The translations under genes were made by a program, and so were the position numbers. This document shows, piece after piece, positions 1 to 13,548 of a stretch of DNA of 64,000 nucleotides. Position 1 is the first letter of the stretch; every line of letters begins with the position of its first letter. Origin of the DNA: Macrostomum lignano. Lineage: Eukaryota. The notes below the pieces were generated by a model, which saw only the letters and a list, made by a program, of their open reading frames with translations, was not told the DNA's origin and made no database searches. The DNA is taken from assembly GCA_002269645.1 (NCBI GenBank), contig NIVC01000561.1, positions 62,001 to 126,000 of the forward strand, given 5' to 3'.

Positions 1-1317
1 GCTGACGCTGGGCGTCTGATTTCTTATTACTGTTTACAACCCGGCCCGCCAGACACTCACAACCCCATCCCCAGTAAATGTTAAATCGATAAAAACTTAA
101 AGAGCCACGCGAATGAATGACCGTTGCAATCCTTAAGTCTGACTTTAAAATTCTGTCTGAATATCAAGCTCGGGCTTTTATAAAAAACAAACAGATCGAA
201 GTCTTATTTCGCTTGACAATTTTTTTCTTATCAACTTAACAAACAATCAAACCACCATCACCGTTTGTGATAATAGTGAGGTAACTATCAGAAACTTTCT
301 TTGGACTCGGTTTATTTTCACAACAACAAAAAATAAACAGCACGTCTGAAGACTCTGAACACCAAAACAAATCAACAACTTTCCTTACACAGTAAAACAA
401 AACCTTTGAACTACTAAAACCAAATAAGATAAACTTTTGTAAATTACTAACACTGAAGTACTACAACCCCAGAGGTTAACTGATTTAATATCGGAAGATA
501 TTGCTATAGCCCAAAAAAGCTATAGCAATAGAAACAAGCAAATAACAAATAACAATAATAATGATAATAATAAAAACTTGAAGCCAAACAAACGTAAGTT
601 GAGCACAATAATAAACACACAAAGCGACCATATTATAAACGTTTAGCTATTGTTGAACACTGATTGGAACCATATTTTAAAACAACATAATATTATTAAT
701 ATTTATAAGTTAGGCAAGATAAACTGGGAGAGCTTGGGTTTGCAGTCTTGATGTATAAAAATGAGATGTCGACCTGAAATAAGCAGATCTCCAAACTAAA
801 TTATTTACAGTGACAACAAAACGGGCAGTTATAGTTTTCGAGTTTCTGTTTCAGCAGGCAAGAATTTCCAATACATTTTCCTATCTATCGAGCGCATAAT
901 AAGTAATCTACTATTATTGTATAACAGCTTGAAAATATTAATTTATGATGAATCGACCAGAAATGCACTGTTAAATTCGTCACACAATTATTCTCAATTA
1001 ACAAGTAAATAAATATTGCTTGAGTAGGGGAGGGGAGGGCCAGGAGGATAAAGATTGGATTATTTTGTATTAGTAAACTATCTGGCAAAAATTATAAATA
1101 TCCCTCGAAAATCGCTTTTGTTTAAATTGGAGAAACTTTTAATTGGCGCCAATTTGATTTTACTGATTAATGCAAAGCTATACAAAAACGATTTTCGAGT
1201 AATTTATTCAGTAGATTTTGTTAAAATTCGTTGATTATCTGACTTCAACAAGGCATGGCACGGGTAGTATTTAAGTTATTTAATTAAAATAGCTAATAAT
1301 GCGTTGCTATGCGGAAC

Positions 1318-2484
1318 TTATGCGTGACAACCGCCATAGCCGGAGTCTTTGTTGCACAGCCGGTTCTGGCAGCCGCGGTAGTCGGAGAAAGACGAGGCCG
1401 CCGAGGCGATTCGAGACGTTGACGCGATCGACTCCAGCTCTTCGAGTGAGGCGCAAGAAGACGGCGGTGGAGGCGGTGGCATCGGCTGAGTCTGAGTCGC
1501 CACCTCTTGAGTGACAGCAGCCTCCTCCCGCTGAAGGAAGGGATGATGCAGCATCTGCTGGAGGCTGGGCCGCTTGGCCGGATCGGCCTGCAGGCAGGCA
1601 TTGATCAGGTCCCGGCACTCTGGGCTGAGCTTCCGCTTGAACAAAGGCGTACAGTCGCAGATCTGGTCGTCCCGTTCGAATGGTACATCGCCGCAGACCA
1701 TATCGAATAGCAGGATGCCCAGCGACCAGACCTCGGCCTGCTTGCCGTTGTATCGCCGGTGCTGGATCCACTCTGGCGGGCTGTACACCCTGGTGCCATT
1801 GAAGTCCACGTAGTCAGCTTCTCGAAGCAGAGCGCCGGAGCCGAAGTCGATCAGGCGGAGAGTGCCGTCGGCCAGGTTGACGAGCAAATTCTCGTCCTTG
1901 ATGTCACGGTGCAGCACGCCAGCTTCGTGGCATTCGGTCAGAGTGTGCAGCAACTGCCGCATCAGGTCCTTGGCCTCGGTTTCATCCAGGTATCGCTTAG
2001 TTGAAATATAGTCGAATAGGTCTTTGCACTTTTGAACTCGCTGCATCACTACTAGCCATTCGCGATCGCCTTCGTAATATTCGACCGGCTGAACTATACC
2101 GGTCACGTTGCGACACATGTGCAGCAGGACGATCTCTATTGGGACGAGTTTGTCGCATGGCAACTTGTGCCAGGTCAGCTTGCTCTTCTCCATCACTTTC
2201 ACCACAAATTCGGCGCCATCGCAGCGTCTCGTCGTGTTGTAAACTCGGCCAAAACCGCCCCGGCCGATCTCCATGCCAACCATGTAGCAGCGTCGGAATT
2301 CGTCAATATGGCGCCATTCGGGCGGCTGGTCAGTCAGCAGACACTCCTCTTGCACTTCGCTTTGTTGCTGCTGGCGCTTGGGCACTTCAACTGTTTTTTA
2401 AGTTTGATTTAAAAAAAAACTATCAGTGCCACTGAAAGCCAGTCTTTACTCACTAATATTACGATTTATTACAGTACAGTACAT
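1318..2484 (-). CDS. pim: Pim-family serine/threonine kinase (about 367 aa)
   Basis: G-loop GRGGFG, VVK lysine, HRDIKDENLL, DFG and DFNGTRVYSPPEWI match Pim kinases. The ORF-track start at 2385 is GTG. An acceptor at 2391-2392, a GTGAGT donor at 2453 and an in-phase ATG at 2484 give join(2484..2454, 2390..1318). The small first exon is inferred. Confidence 0.9.
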
Positions 2485-5460
2485 TGCAAAGCAATTTAAC
2501 AAAAGCAAGCAAAATCGAGACTTACAGGAAATCGGCGCGGAGTCCTCGTCCTCGGCAAATAGGTTCGCCATGGCGCTTTGCATTAGCAAGACGTTACGAT
2601 TCCAATTGCTCATTTTTGCGTCTAGAAAGGAAGGAACTAGCTACTAGTCGGGAGGAGACTCGCGCAATTGATTTATCGAGACTACAATCGCGGACGGTCT
2701 CCTACTCAAAGCAGCAGCGTCAAACGCTCAGTAAGCTAAGGCTGGCTTGGTGTGGCGAGACAAGCAAACTTGTCGTGTGCAAAGCTTTGTGCTTTTTATT
2801 AGAATGGGGGGCCCACCTCCTCCTCCAAGCTGCTTTCACAGCCAACCCAAATTCAGTTGTGTTGAAGGCCAAATGGTAGTCTTGCACCAAAACAAATAAT
2901 AGAAAAAACGAACTAATTTTAATAAATAATCGGGAGACAAAACTCTTGCTATCAAAAAGAATATATGTTTAACACAAAGGTTGCTGTATTGATGAAAAAC
3001 TGTTCAATAGAGATTTAGGATCTACTTGATCAAAACGAGAATTCCCGCCATTCCCAAGATCGTGTGGAGAAAAGCCGTCTAAAAATAGGAAAGCTAGACG
3101 ACCTTAGTATAATAAAAGTAATGGAATAGGATTCCCCAGCACGCGTATAGTTGATGACTTTCTTATTGAACCAGTTAGAAATTCTGGACACTTCTGGAAC
3201 GGATTTACTTGTTTACCGCCCCCCCCCCCGCAGACGGCAGACAATAATAATTAAATTTTCTTTGTCACTGCATTTATTTGTAAATAAGATCAAATAGGAC
3301 CGTCAATGCTGAGGTCTGTTAATTAAGTTTGACTTGAGGTTAGTTTTGAGCTTCTGTGATTGTTATCTGATTATTAATTTACACTATTGTCTCGCTACGA
3401 CTTCGCGTGTATAGCAAAAATAAATATCGTTGCAATTCAAAAAGTGCATTTGCACTCATAAGTTATACTGTTGATAGCGTCCACCGTCCACCCCACTTTC
3501 GCTAGCCCAAGGCGGGCAAATCGCCGTTCCCGGTCAGTGGCGCGTGAGCGTCCGGTCTATCTGAGGGCGCCTTGGCCGCTGGGGCTGGGGCCAGCTGGGT
3601 CTATGCAAACTGGGGGTTAGAGGGGGGCGTGCTGAATTGGACGGAACGGATGAAGGGTAAGAGCGCAAGAAAGGAACAGGAACGTTAAACGGAGAAAATG
3701 AATTAACCAAAATCGATTTTCTCGCCCAAGCCTGGTCTTACTTGCACTCGTAGTAGCCACCAGACAGACAGAACGACCTTCTTCAGTCCCTCCGTCTAAT
3801 TGAATACCAGTACCAGTAACCAGCTAGAATGCCTCGTTCCAGCAGCTTCGTACTACGGCCTACAAAAAAGTACACAGTGTCCTTTCCCAAATAGCCCCAC
3901 GCGTTGTTTTTCCTCTCTTCAACCGACAACGAATGACCCCCCTATTTTCCTTATTCGACAAAAATATACGTTTTTTGCCTGGTGAAATTAAGTTTTGCAC
4001 GGAAATTTTAGTTAATATGGCGCCAGTAAAACAAAACTTCGTTTGATTCGTTTTTTTACGAAGTAAACAAGTTCAACCAAATTTGCTAAGAACACTTGAC
4101 CCGTAAAGTAATAAATTAAAAAAGTATTATAAAGTTATCAATATATTTGGTTGTAAAGAAACACTTCAAGAACGATTCTTTTAAGCTACACAAAGCTATT
4201 CTTTATCAGAAGAGCATTTACAAAAGCATTTTAAAATTCACAAAAAGGAGTCAGAAAAGCTCCATTTTATGTTTTATCGGCATGTTTTGAGTCTTTGACG
4301 TATCTATGACGTTTCCATATCTAACAAACTCGGTTAGCATAAAATGAAATCTTTGTCGAAATTCTCGAGCCGAACTGACCCCCAGACGCTAAACTACAGT
4401 AATTATTGTACTTTTTATAACTGCCACAGGTCCAGTCCAGTAGAAGTGGTGTGGCTTCAAACTTTTGGCACTTTTTATCGCTTCATAATTTTATAATCTT
4501 CATGCCTGTCATGCGTGATGCATTTTATGGCCCCCGCGCCTCCAAAGAAGTTTTCATTAGCCCGTACGTACATTGTAAAATGAGACAGACCGTTAGCCCA
4601 ATAAAAATGGTGCTAAGATAATAGATAGAGCCGCTGTGCGCACTGAGCTGGGCAAACCCCCACCCAGTCAATCACACCTATTGCGCGTGGTCAGTGCAGA
4701 GCCGCGACTATTAAAAGCTTAGTAGTTAGTTATAGTTGGCTAGCCTTATTGGCGGGTAAAGAAATTTTGTTAAAGGTCAAACTGACTGACTTCTCGGAGC
4801 CCCCCCCCCTGCGGCGCTGGCTCATTGCCCCGTGGCAATTTTCCTAGCCTCTAGCTCGGATGAGTGAATATTGAGCCCTATATGGACAGGCCACCTTCTG
4901 TACTTATGCAATTCGAATTACATTACATGTAGCCGCTAATGGCGATGCTAAAGCTACTTATTTGGCTTCCATCCTGTGCGAAAAGAAATCATGCTAGCTG
5001 GCCTGGGCAAGGTTTCAAGGTTTCAGATTTCACATAATAAGCCAATGATCCGTGATTCCTAATTAAAGTTTACTTTTGTCCGATTGGGCTTTGCGCTTAG
5101 AAAAGGTGAGCTGAGCACCATCTCACGATGACGATATTTGTGCATTACTGCTTCGGATTCCTTTCAAGAGCTAGAATAATTAGCGGAATAATTGTAATAA
5201 CAGTAATTGCCCCAGGCCTCTGAAATGGACCCTGGAACTTCTTTTTTTCCCTGTTGAAACAGCTGATCTGCGCTGTGTTATAGAACTAAGAAAATTAATG
5301 ACAACTTGAATGATGATTAGCAGTAACACATTAAAGTCGCGGAGTTTTTTATTCAAGTTCTTTGATACCAAGCAAACCTTAATTCAAGCAAATTTCACCA
5401 CCTGAATTTCACCTCAGGTTGTGAGGAAGCTCTTCAACATTGCGTGCAGACAAGGTATCA

Positions 5461-7482
5461 TGACCTGTTAGACAGGAGTGTCACCTGTTAGACAGGAGTG
5501 TCACCTGTTGTTAGACAGGAGTGTCACCTGTTAGACAGGAGTGTCACCTGTTGTTAGACAGAAGTGTTACCTGTTAGACAGGGGTGTCACTTGTTAGACA
5601 GGGGTGTCACTTGTTAGACAGTGTTAGACAGTGTCACCTGTTAGACAGGGGTGTCACTTGTTAGACAGTGTTAGACAGTGTCACCTGTTAGACAGGGGTG
5701 TCACTTGTTAGACAGGAGTGTCACCTGTTTGACAGCAGTGTCACCTGTTAGACAGGAGTGTCACCTGTTAGACAGTAGTATCACCTGTTTGACAGGAGTG
5801 TCACCTGTTTGACGGGAGTGTCACCTGTTAGACAGTAGTATCACCTGTTTGACAGGAGTGTCACCTGTTAGACAGGAGTGTCACCTGTTAGACAGTAGTA
5901 TCACCTGTTTGACAGGAGTGTCACCTGTTTGACGGGAGTGTCACCTGTTAGATAGTAGTGTTACCTGTTAGATAGGAGTGTCACCTGTTAGACAGGGGTG
6001 TCACCTGTTAGACAGGAGTATCACCTGTGTTTGACAGGAGTGTCACCTGTTTGACAGGAGTGTCACCTGTTAGACAGTAGTGTTACCTGTTAGATAGGAG
6101 TGTCACCTGTTTAGACAGGAGTGTCACCTGTTAGACAGGGGTGTCACCTGTTTGACAGAAGTGTCACCTGTTAGACAGGAGTGTCACCTGTTAGACAGTA
6201 GTATCACCTGTTTGACAGGAGTGTCACCTGTTTGACGTGAGTGTCACCTGTTAGATAGTAGTGTTACCTGTTAGATAGGAGTGTCACCTGTTTAGACAGG
6301 AGTGTCACCTGTTAGACAGGGGTGTCACCTGTTAGACAGGAGTATCACCTGTGTTTGACAGGAGTGTCACCTGTTTGACAGGAGTGTCACCTGTTAGACA
6401 GTAGTGTTACCTGTTAGATAGGAGTGTCACCTGTTTAGACAGGAGTGTCACCTGTTAGACAGGGGTGTCACCTGTTAGACAGGAGTATCACCTGTGTTTG
6501 ACAGGAGTGTCACCTGTTTGACGGGAGTGTCACCTGTTAGACAGTAGTGTTACCTGTTAGATAGGAGTGTCACCTGTTTAGACAGGAGTGTCACCTGTTA
6601 GACAGGGGTGTCACCTGTTTGACAGAAGTGTCACCTGTTAGACAGGAGTGTCACCTGTTGTTAGACAGAAGTGTCACCTGTTAGACAGGAGTGTCACCTG
6701 TTGTTAGACAGAAGTGTCACCTGTTAGACAGGGGTGTCACTTGTTAGACAGTGTTAGACAGTGTCACCTGTTAGACAGGGGTGTCACTTGTTAGACAGTG
6801 TTAGACAGTGTCACCTGTTAGACAGGGGTGTCACTTGTTAGACAGGAGTGTCACCTGTTTGACAGCAGTGTCACCTGTTAGACAGGAGTGTCACCTGTTA
6901 GACAGTAGTATCACCTGTTTGACAGGAGTGTCACCTGTTTGACGGGAGTGTCACCTGTTAGACAGTAGTATCACCTGTTTGACAGGAGTGTCACCTGTTA
7001 GACAGGAGTGTCACCTGTTAGATAGTAGTATCACCTGTTTGACAGGAGTGTCACCTGTTTGACGGGAGTGTCACCTGTTAGATAGTAGTGTTACCTGTTA
7101 GATAGGAGTGTCACCTGTTTAGACAGGAGTGTCACCTGTTAGACAGGGGTGTCACCTGTTAGACAGGAGTATCACCTGTTAGACAGAAGTGTCACCTGTT
7201 AGACAGAAGTGTCACTTGTTAGACAGGAGTGTCACCTGTTGTTAGACAGAAGTGTCACCTGTTAGACAGGAGTGTCACCTGTTGTTAGACAGAAGTGTCA
7301 CCTGTTAGACAGAAGTGTCACCTGTTAGACAGGAGTGTCACCTGTTAGACAGGAGTGTCACCTGTTAGACAGAAGTGTCACCTGTTAGACAGAAGTGTCA
7401 CTTGTTAGACAGGAGTGTCACCTGTTAGACAGGAGTGTCACCTGTTAGACAGAAGTGTCACCTGTTAGACAGGAGTGTCACC
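5461..7482. repeat. 20-bp minisatellite (TGTCACCTGTTAGACAGGAG)n, about 100 copies
   Basis: Direct reading. The unit contains the inverted pair CCTGT-tag-ACAGG. Confidence 0.97.
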
Positions 7483-8682
7483 AATCTCACCATGCAGTTG
7501 TATCTTGAATTTTAATGAACTAACGAATTAGTGCAACAACTACAATGAAACATGGTTGCAGAACTAATGGTCTTCCTGTGACCTGCCAAATGGAGTTGCA
7601 GACAGCGGCGCATGCGGTATCACAATGACTCTCGATGACCTTGAATTCACCATGCAGAATAAAATGTCACCGTTCCGGCATGGTAAATTAGCATAAATTC
7701 ATAAATTTGCACCTTGACATGCGAACGCGCATGCACAGTTTGCGATCGGCTAATGAGAGGTCCCGAATAATGCAGTTCATTCTGCTTGCGAAGTCAGTTT
7801 AGTGCACTGCGCCTTGCTACCTTAGGTGTAACTTTATTGGGCATGTACTATACGAGTATATGCAGACTATTACTGCAGAATCTTATAGGGCCAAACTGAA
7901 CGAGTTTAAGTCATCTAATCTAGACCTACTGTACTGTAGGTAAAAATTTAATTTGGACAACTTTTTTTATTTTTTGAAAACAAGTATGATGAAGTTTGAC
8001 AGGCGTTCTGGGCGCCGATTGCCTCCAATAGGACCTCCCCTAAGTGAAAAAAATGGCTTCTTTTTCTGGTCATCGTTTATTTCAAAGTTCTTAAGGTACT
8101 TTACAAAATTTGTCAAACTATTGGTTTCGGAAAAGCTCATTTTACTACTCATGTAAGTAGGTTAAAAATTAATGCTATTTTGAAGGCTCATAAAATGCAG
8201 TAAATCTGAGGAGGTTCTGTCGACAGGATTCTCTGATCATATCTGTGATGTGTTGTGTTATGGAAATGTTCGATTACTGTTTAGACATTGATTTAGACAT
8301 TTTAGCGTAACGCGATGGATTGTATCACAATTTCCTAGATATCTTACACCGTCATACATTCATGCCTACCGTTAGATATTTATGCCTACGTATAAAGCTG
8401 GTACTTTATGATGAACCTGATAGGTGTTGGTGTTACATGTTAGATATCGCTGGTACCTGTTAAATATCCACTTATGAAATATAAACCTTGGACCACAATT
8501 GCAGGCCTGCATGTTTTTTGGTCCTTCAGTAGTATTACAAGCGCAAATATACTTATTTTTTAATTTCAGTTGTCGAATACAGTTTACTAACAAGGGGAGG
8601 TAAGAGGTACTTATTATTATTAAATAATTATTAAATTATTATTAATTAAATAAATTATTAATAAGAGGTCTTTATTCCTCAC

Positions 8683-9492
8683 AACGTCACCATCTCACTC
8701 TATTCCTCACAGAGTCACCATCACTCTCTATTCCTCACGAAATCATCATCTCCCTCTCTCTATTCCTCACGAAATCATCATCTCCCTCTCTCTATTCCTC
8801 ACGAAATCATCATCCCCTCTCTCTATTCCTCACGAAATCATCATCTCCCTCTCTCTATTCCTCACGAAATCATCATCTCCCTCTCTCTATTCCTCACGAA
8901 ATCATCATCTCCCTCTCTCTATTCCTCATGAAATCATCATCTCCCTCTCTCTATTCCTCACGAAATCATCATCTCCCTCTCTCTATTCCTCATGAAATCA
9001 TCATCTCCCTCTCTCTATTCCTCACGAAATCATCATCTCCCTCTCTCTATTCCTCACGAAATCATCATCCCCTCTCTCTATTCCTCACGAAATCATCATC
9101 TCCCTCTCTCTATTCCTCACGTCACCATCTCACTCTATTCCTCACAAAGTCAGCATCTCCCTCTCTCTATTCCTCACAAAGTCAGCATCTCCCTCTCTCT
9201 ATTCCTCACGAAATCATCATCTCCCTCTCTCTATTCCTCACGAAATCATCATCTCCCTCTCTCTATTCCTCACGAAATCATCATCTCCCTCTCTCTATTC
9301 CTCACGAAATTATCATCTCCCTCTCTCTATTCCTCACGAAATCATTATCTCACACACACTCTCTACTCCTCACGAAATCATCATCTCCCTCTTTCTATTC
9401 CTCACGAAATCATCATCTCCCTCTCTCTATTCCTCACGAAATCATCATCTCCCTCTCTCTATTCCTCACGAAATCATCATCTCACACACACT
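8683..9492. repeat. 32-bp minisatellite (CTCTCTATTCCTCACGAAATCATCATCTCCCT)n, about 25 copies
   Basis: Direct reading. It explains ORFs 8928..9593 and 8992..9618. Confidence 0.95.
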
Positions 9493-10170
9493 CTCGATCC
9501 CTTGCTGTCACTTTCCCGCTCACAGGGTCGCAACGTCCTGGGCCCGAATACCTGCTCCACAACAGGCTCACAGACCGCACTTCACTGCACTGATATTTCG
9601 TTGACCAAAGCCAAATAATCTGTTGATAATAAATAAATCTTGAGAAAAAGCACTTGACAGGTTGCATGGCAGGTATAGATACATGCAGATTACGCCTCCG
9701 TAAGCCACAACCTGTAAAAGAGAGATCTGCCAATAAGTAAAAGTTGGCTTGGCCAAACAGGAAACTTCAGTGTTTAGAGCAACAGCTATTTAGCATAATT
9801 TATTCAGCGCAATGCTAGGACAGCACTCTGCATACACATGCAGCAGCGGGCAGGAATGGGTCAGAAGCCTTCGCTGACTCATTGCTATAGTTTGCCTTTC
9901 TTGCTGACTGCATGTGGCCCGGCATGAAGGCTGTTTCTCTCTGCCAGTTACACAGTTCTTCGGCAGAATGGAAAAAAGAAGAGAGGCGGAGAGACGAACA
10001 AGAAGAAATTTATAAAAAGAAAAAAAAGTTGTTCACCACCGGCTGCCCTCTACGGTCATTTTACAGTTGTTTTCTTACAGAGTCCTATTGAATTATCGAA
10101 AAAAGAAACATTTACTCAGCTTTCCTAATACTTCAGCACAACACGTGTCATGTAGGTATAGAAGTAGAAG

Positions 10171-13124
10171 ATGCCATCAGATCAGCGCCACCAGCTGCAG
10201 CCGGTTCAGGATGAGTCAGTAGAACTCAACTCCGAGCTGGACAGTGTTATGCAAGAGATTCTGTTTACAGAACGGTCCTACGTTGCCGATCTGAGTAGTC
10301 TAGTGATGGTGAGTCGGCTTGACCTTGAACTGACTAGATTGAACAACCGCTCAGAATGCTTTTTACTCTATGAATGCCGTACTCTTTGTTTTTCTGCATG
10401 TCATTTATGATTCATATATGATAAATAGATCATCAGACCTGCCAGAGTGGGTCAAGATGCCATGCCACTGACACAGCATAGTGCGGTAAGATGCCATGCC
10501 ACTGACACAGCATAGTGCGGTAAGATGCCATGCCACTGACACAGCATAGTGCGGTAAGATGCCATGCCACTGACAGCAGCATAGTGCGGTAAGATGCCAT
10601 GCCACTGACACAGCATAGTGCGGTAAGATGCCATGCCACTGACACAACATAGTGCGATAAGATGCCATGCCACTGACACAGCATAGTGCGGTAAGATGCC
10701 ATGCCACTGACACAGCATAGTGCGGTAAGATGCCATGCCACTGACACAGCATAGTGCGGTAAGATGCCATGCCACTGACACAGCATAGTGCGGTAAGATG
10801 CCATGCCACTGACACAGCATAGTGCGGTAAGATGCCATGCCACTGACACAGCATAGTGCGGTAAGATGCCATGCCACTGACACAACATAGTGTGATAAGA
10901 TGCCATGCCACTGACACAGCATAGTGCGGTAAGATGCCATGCCACTGACACAGCATAGTGCGGTAAGATGCCATGCCACTGACACAGCATAGTGCGGTAA
11001 GATGCCATGCCACTGACACAGCATAGTGCGGTAAGATGCCATGCCACTGACACAGCATAGTGTGATAAGATGCCATGCCACTGACACAGCATAGTGCGGT
11101 AAGATGCCATGCCACTGACACAGCATAGTGCGGTAAGATGCCATGCCCACTGGCTGCTAATGACAACTACCCTTCCCCCCGAAACTCAAACCCACAGGCG
11201 GATCTCGGACGCGACTGCCCTCTTCGAAATCCTTTGCTACGCTTGCAGAAACTGCACACCGGACTTCTGGCTGCGCTGGAGGCGGCTGATGGTCAGTTGG
11301 ACCCGCTCTGTCAGGCCTTTCTGGACTGCGACTTTCGAGTTTATGCCGAGTATTGTGCCAGCTTTCCCGGGTAGGTGTATCGAGTATTCGGGTTCTTGAT
11401 ATCCTGAGTCCCCGCAGACGCCCTCAATGTTAGTCCGGAAGTCCTCATTATTGGTCCCTGACGTCCTGATCAATACTGATGCTTGAAGTCTTTATTTTGG
11501 GTCCTTGCTTGCCATCCCTATTTTATGTTCCTGACATTCCTCTGGAAGCTTCCGACAACTTATTTAGTCTTCCTGAAATTGCTGTCGAATGTCCCTGACA
11601 TACCTGGACTAACAGCTGTTTAAAAATTGCAGCGCACTCGAATGGCTCAGGCAAGTTCGGGTCGCATCGGAATCGCCTCGACTGCAACGACGTCAAAACC
11701 AGCAGCAGCTGCAGCACCAGGCCTTGTTGATGCTGCACCTGCGACTGCCGCTGGAGGCGCACCTGCTGCAGCCTGTGCAGCGCATCGCCCGCTACCCGCT
11801 GCTCCTTCGACGTCTGGCGGCCGCAGCCGACGGCAATCCGGCTCGTCCGGCAGCCGCTCGAGCAGCAGCCCGCATGACTGAAGCTGCCGCCGAGACTGAC
11901 CAAAGGCAGCGTCGACAGCAGCAGGCTGAGCGACTGCTTCGAGCAGCTGTGGCCTCCTCCGACAGCACTGTTGGCTCCTCGTCCCGCTGGCCAGGTCCGC
12001 TGCTGCTGGAGAGCGGCTTCTCCGTTCAAGGACATCGAAACCCTCGCCGAGCACTACTATTCGGCAGAGCCCTTTTGCTGACAAAGTGTAAAAATAATAC
12101 CGCATCAACTGACCCCGAAAGCGAACTGTCACTTCGGGCTGTTTTCTGGTTCGACCGACTGGCATTGATGGACTCGCTGCCTAGGGAGCCGCTGGCGTTC
12201 CGCCTACTGGCACTCGACAGGCCACCGCCCGAGGCTGCAGAGGCCACACTGCGGGCTGACACACCGGCTCAGAAGCGGCTCTGGTGTGGCGAGTTGCGGC
12301 GACTCATCCTGGAGGCGATCGGGGGAGGCTGCGCGAGCTTTGACCAGGACGACGAGGCACCAGCAGTAGCCTCAGCAACAACCGACGGAACATGCTCTCG
12401 TCGACGCTCCGTCATGCCACGACGCAGCCGCTCTGATGCCGGCAATCGAAGGCGGCCGGGCCGGCCTTTCGAGCCCTGCCTGGCAGCGTACGCCCAGCGG
12501 CTACGAGTTCAGGACGTCGTCACTGAGGCGGATGTACAGCCTCTGCTGACGGCACTCTGGGGCGTTGGAGTTTGCCTTAACAGTAATGGCAGCGGAAACA
12601 GCGGCCGCGGCGGCAGCTTCAAGCGTAGAGACTCCCTGACGGCTGCGTCCAACTTGGTCGGCTCGCTGCTCCGACGCCGAGGCAGCGGCTGCTCGTCTTT
12701 GACTTCGTCGCCAAGGATTCTGCGTCGACGAGGGATGGCGGACGACAAAACGGAAAAGAAATCGGCGCCAACAGTAGTTCTGACACCGGCTGCTGAAGAT
12801 GGCGCTGAAGCAGCATCAGAGACCGTCAAGCTTCGATCTTCATCACGTCAGACTCCGACGGTGCCAGAAGATCTGGCCGGGCTGATCGACTCGCTGCCCT
12901 ACGCTGATGCCGACGAACGAGCTCGACTGTCGATGGCGGCTGCTGCCGCTGCGGCTGCGGCTTCCGCGGACATCAAAGAATGGCGTTCCACGAAGGACTG
13001 GTCAGGAGAGAACATTTTCTGGAAGAGGGCACTGCTTGACCCGCCAGAAATGTCCTCTGCCGCTGCTGCTGGAGCTGCGGCAGCCGCTGAAAGGCAGCCA
13101 AGAACCATTCAGACGCAGCTGTGA
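10171..13124 (+). CDS. DH-PH Rho guanine nucleotide exchange factor, PLEKHG1/2/3-like
   Basis: Phase-consistent exons 10171..10308 (EILFTERSYVADL, GTGAGT donor), 11198..11370 (VYAEYC) and 11633..13124 (LEAHLLQPVQRIARYPLLL, then a PH-like region ending QKRLWCGELRRLILE). The PH sequence resembles my recollection of the PLEKHG family. Confidence 0.85.
10455..11146. repeat. 34-bp minisatellite (GATGCCATGCCACTGACACAGCATAGTGCGGTAA)n, about 20 copies, in RhoGEF intron 1
   Basis: Direct reading. It lies between the donor at 10309 and the acceptor at 11197. Confidence 0.95.
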
Positions 13125-13548
13125 TTGAGATACTAATTATGTAGTGATAAATAGATCTGGCAGTTTTATATTTTACCGATACTCATAATCATATATACTT
13201 ATCTCAAATTTACAACTTTTATATTTTAAAATCCCTTTCTGAGCTGATAATCTTGCCAATTCAGAGGGATTACAACAAGTTATTATTGTCAAATATCAGC
13301 ACAGCTCGATTCAAAGAGGGCTTCGTATTATATTTTCGACCTTTCTTTGAATGCGATTGCAGATTTTAATCCACTTCGTTTTATTGCCGCCGTTTAAAAA
13401 ATCCGACAAATTATAACGAATACTGTAACGACACAAAGCCGGAAAAACGATATTGTTTGCAGCTTATTAATAGAGCTGATAAATGGAAATACTGGAGCAG
13501 TACTAAATTAGAATTATAATGGAATTTAACTTTCAGTTAAAAATTCAA

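Noticed and set aside
1141-1154. 14-bp perfect palindrome AATTGGCGCCAATT
   Set aside because: It is a single short palindrome with no supporting context in 64 kb.
2426-2879. Plus-strand ORFs 2426..2647 and 2484..2879
   Set aside because: They are antisense to the probable Pim 5' region and have no recognisable motifs.
3535-4860. hAT-like terminus CAGTGGCG at about 3535
   Set aside because: No matching inverted end or TSD was found downstream.
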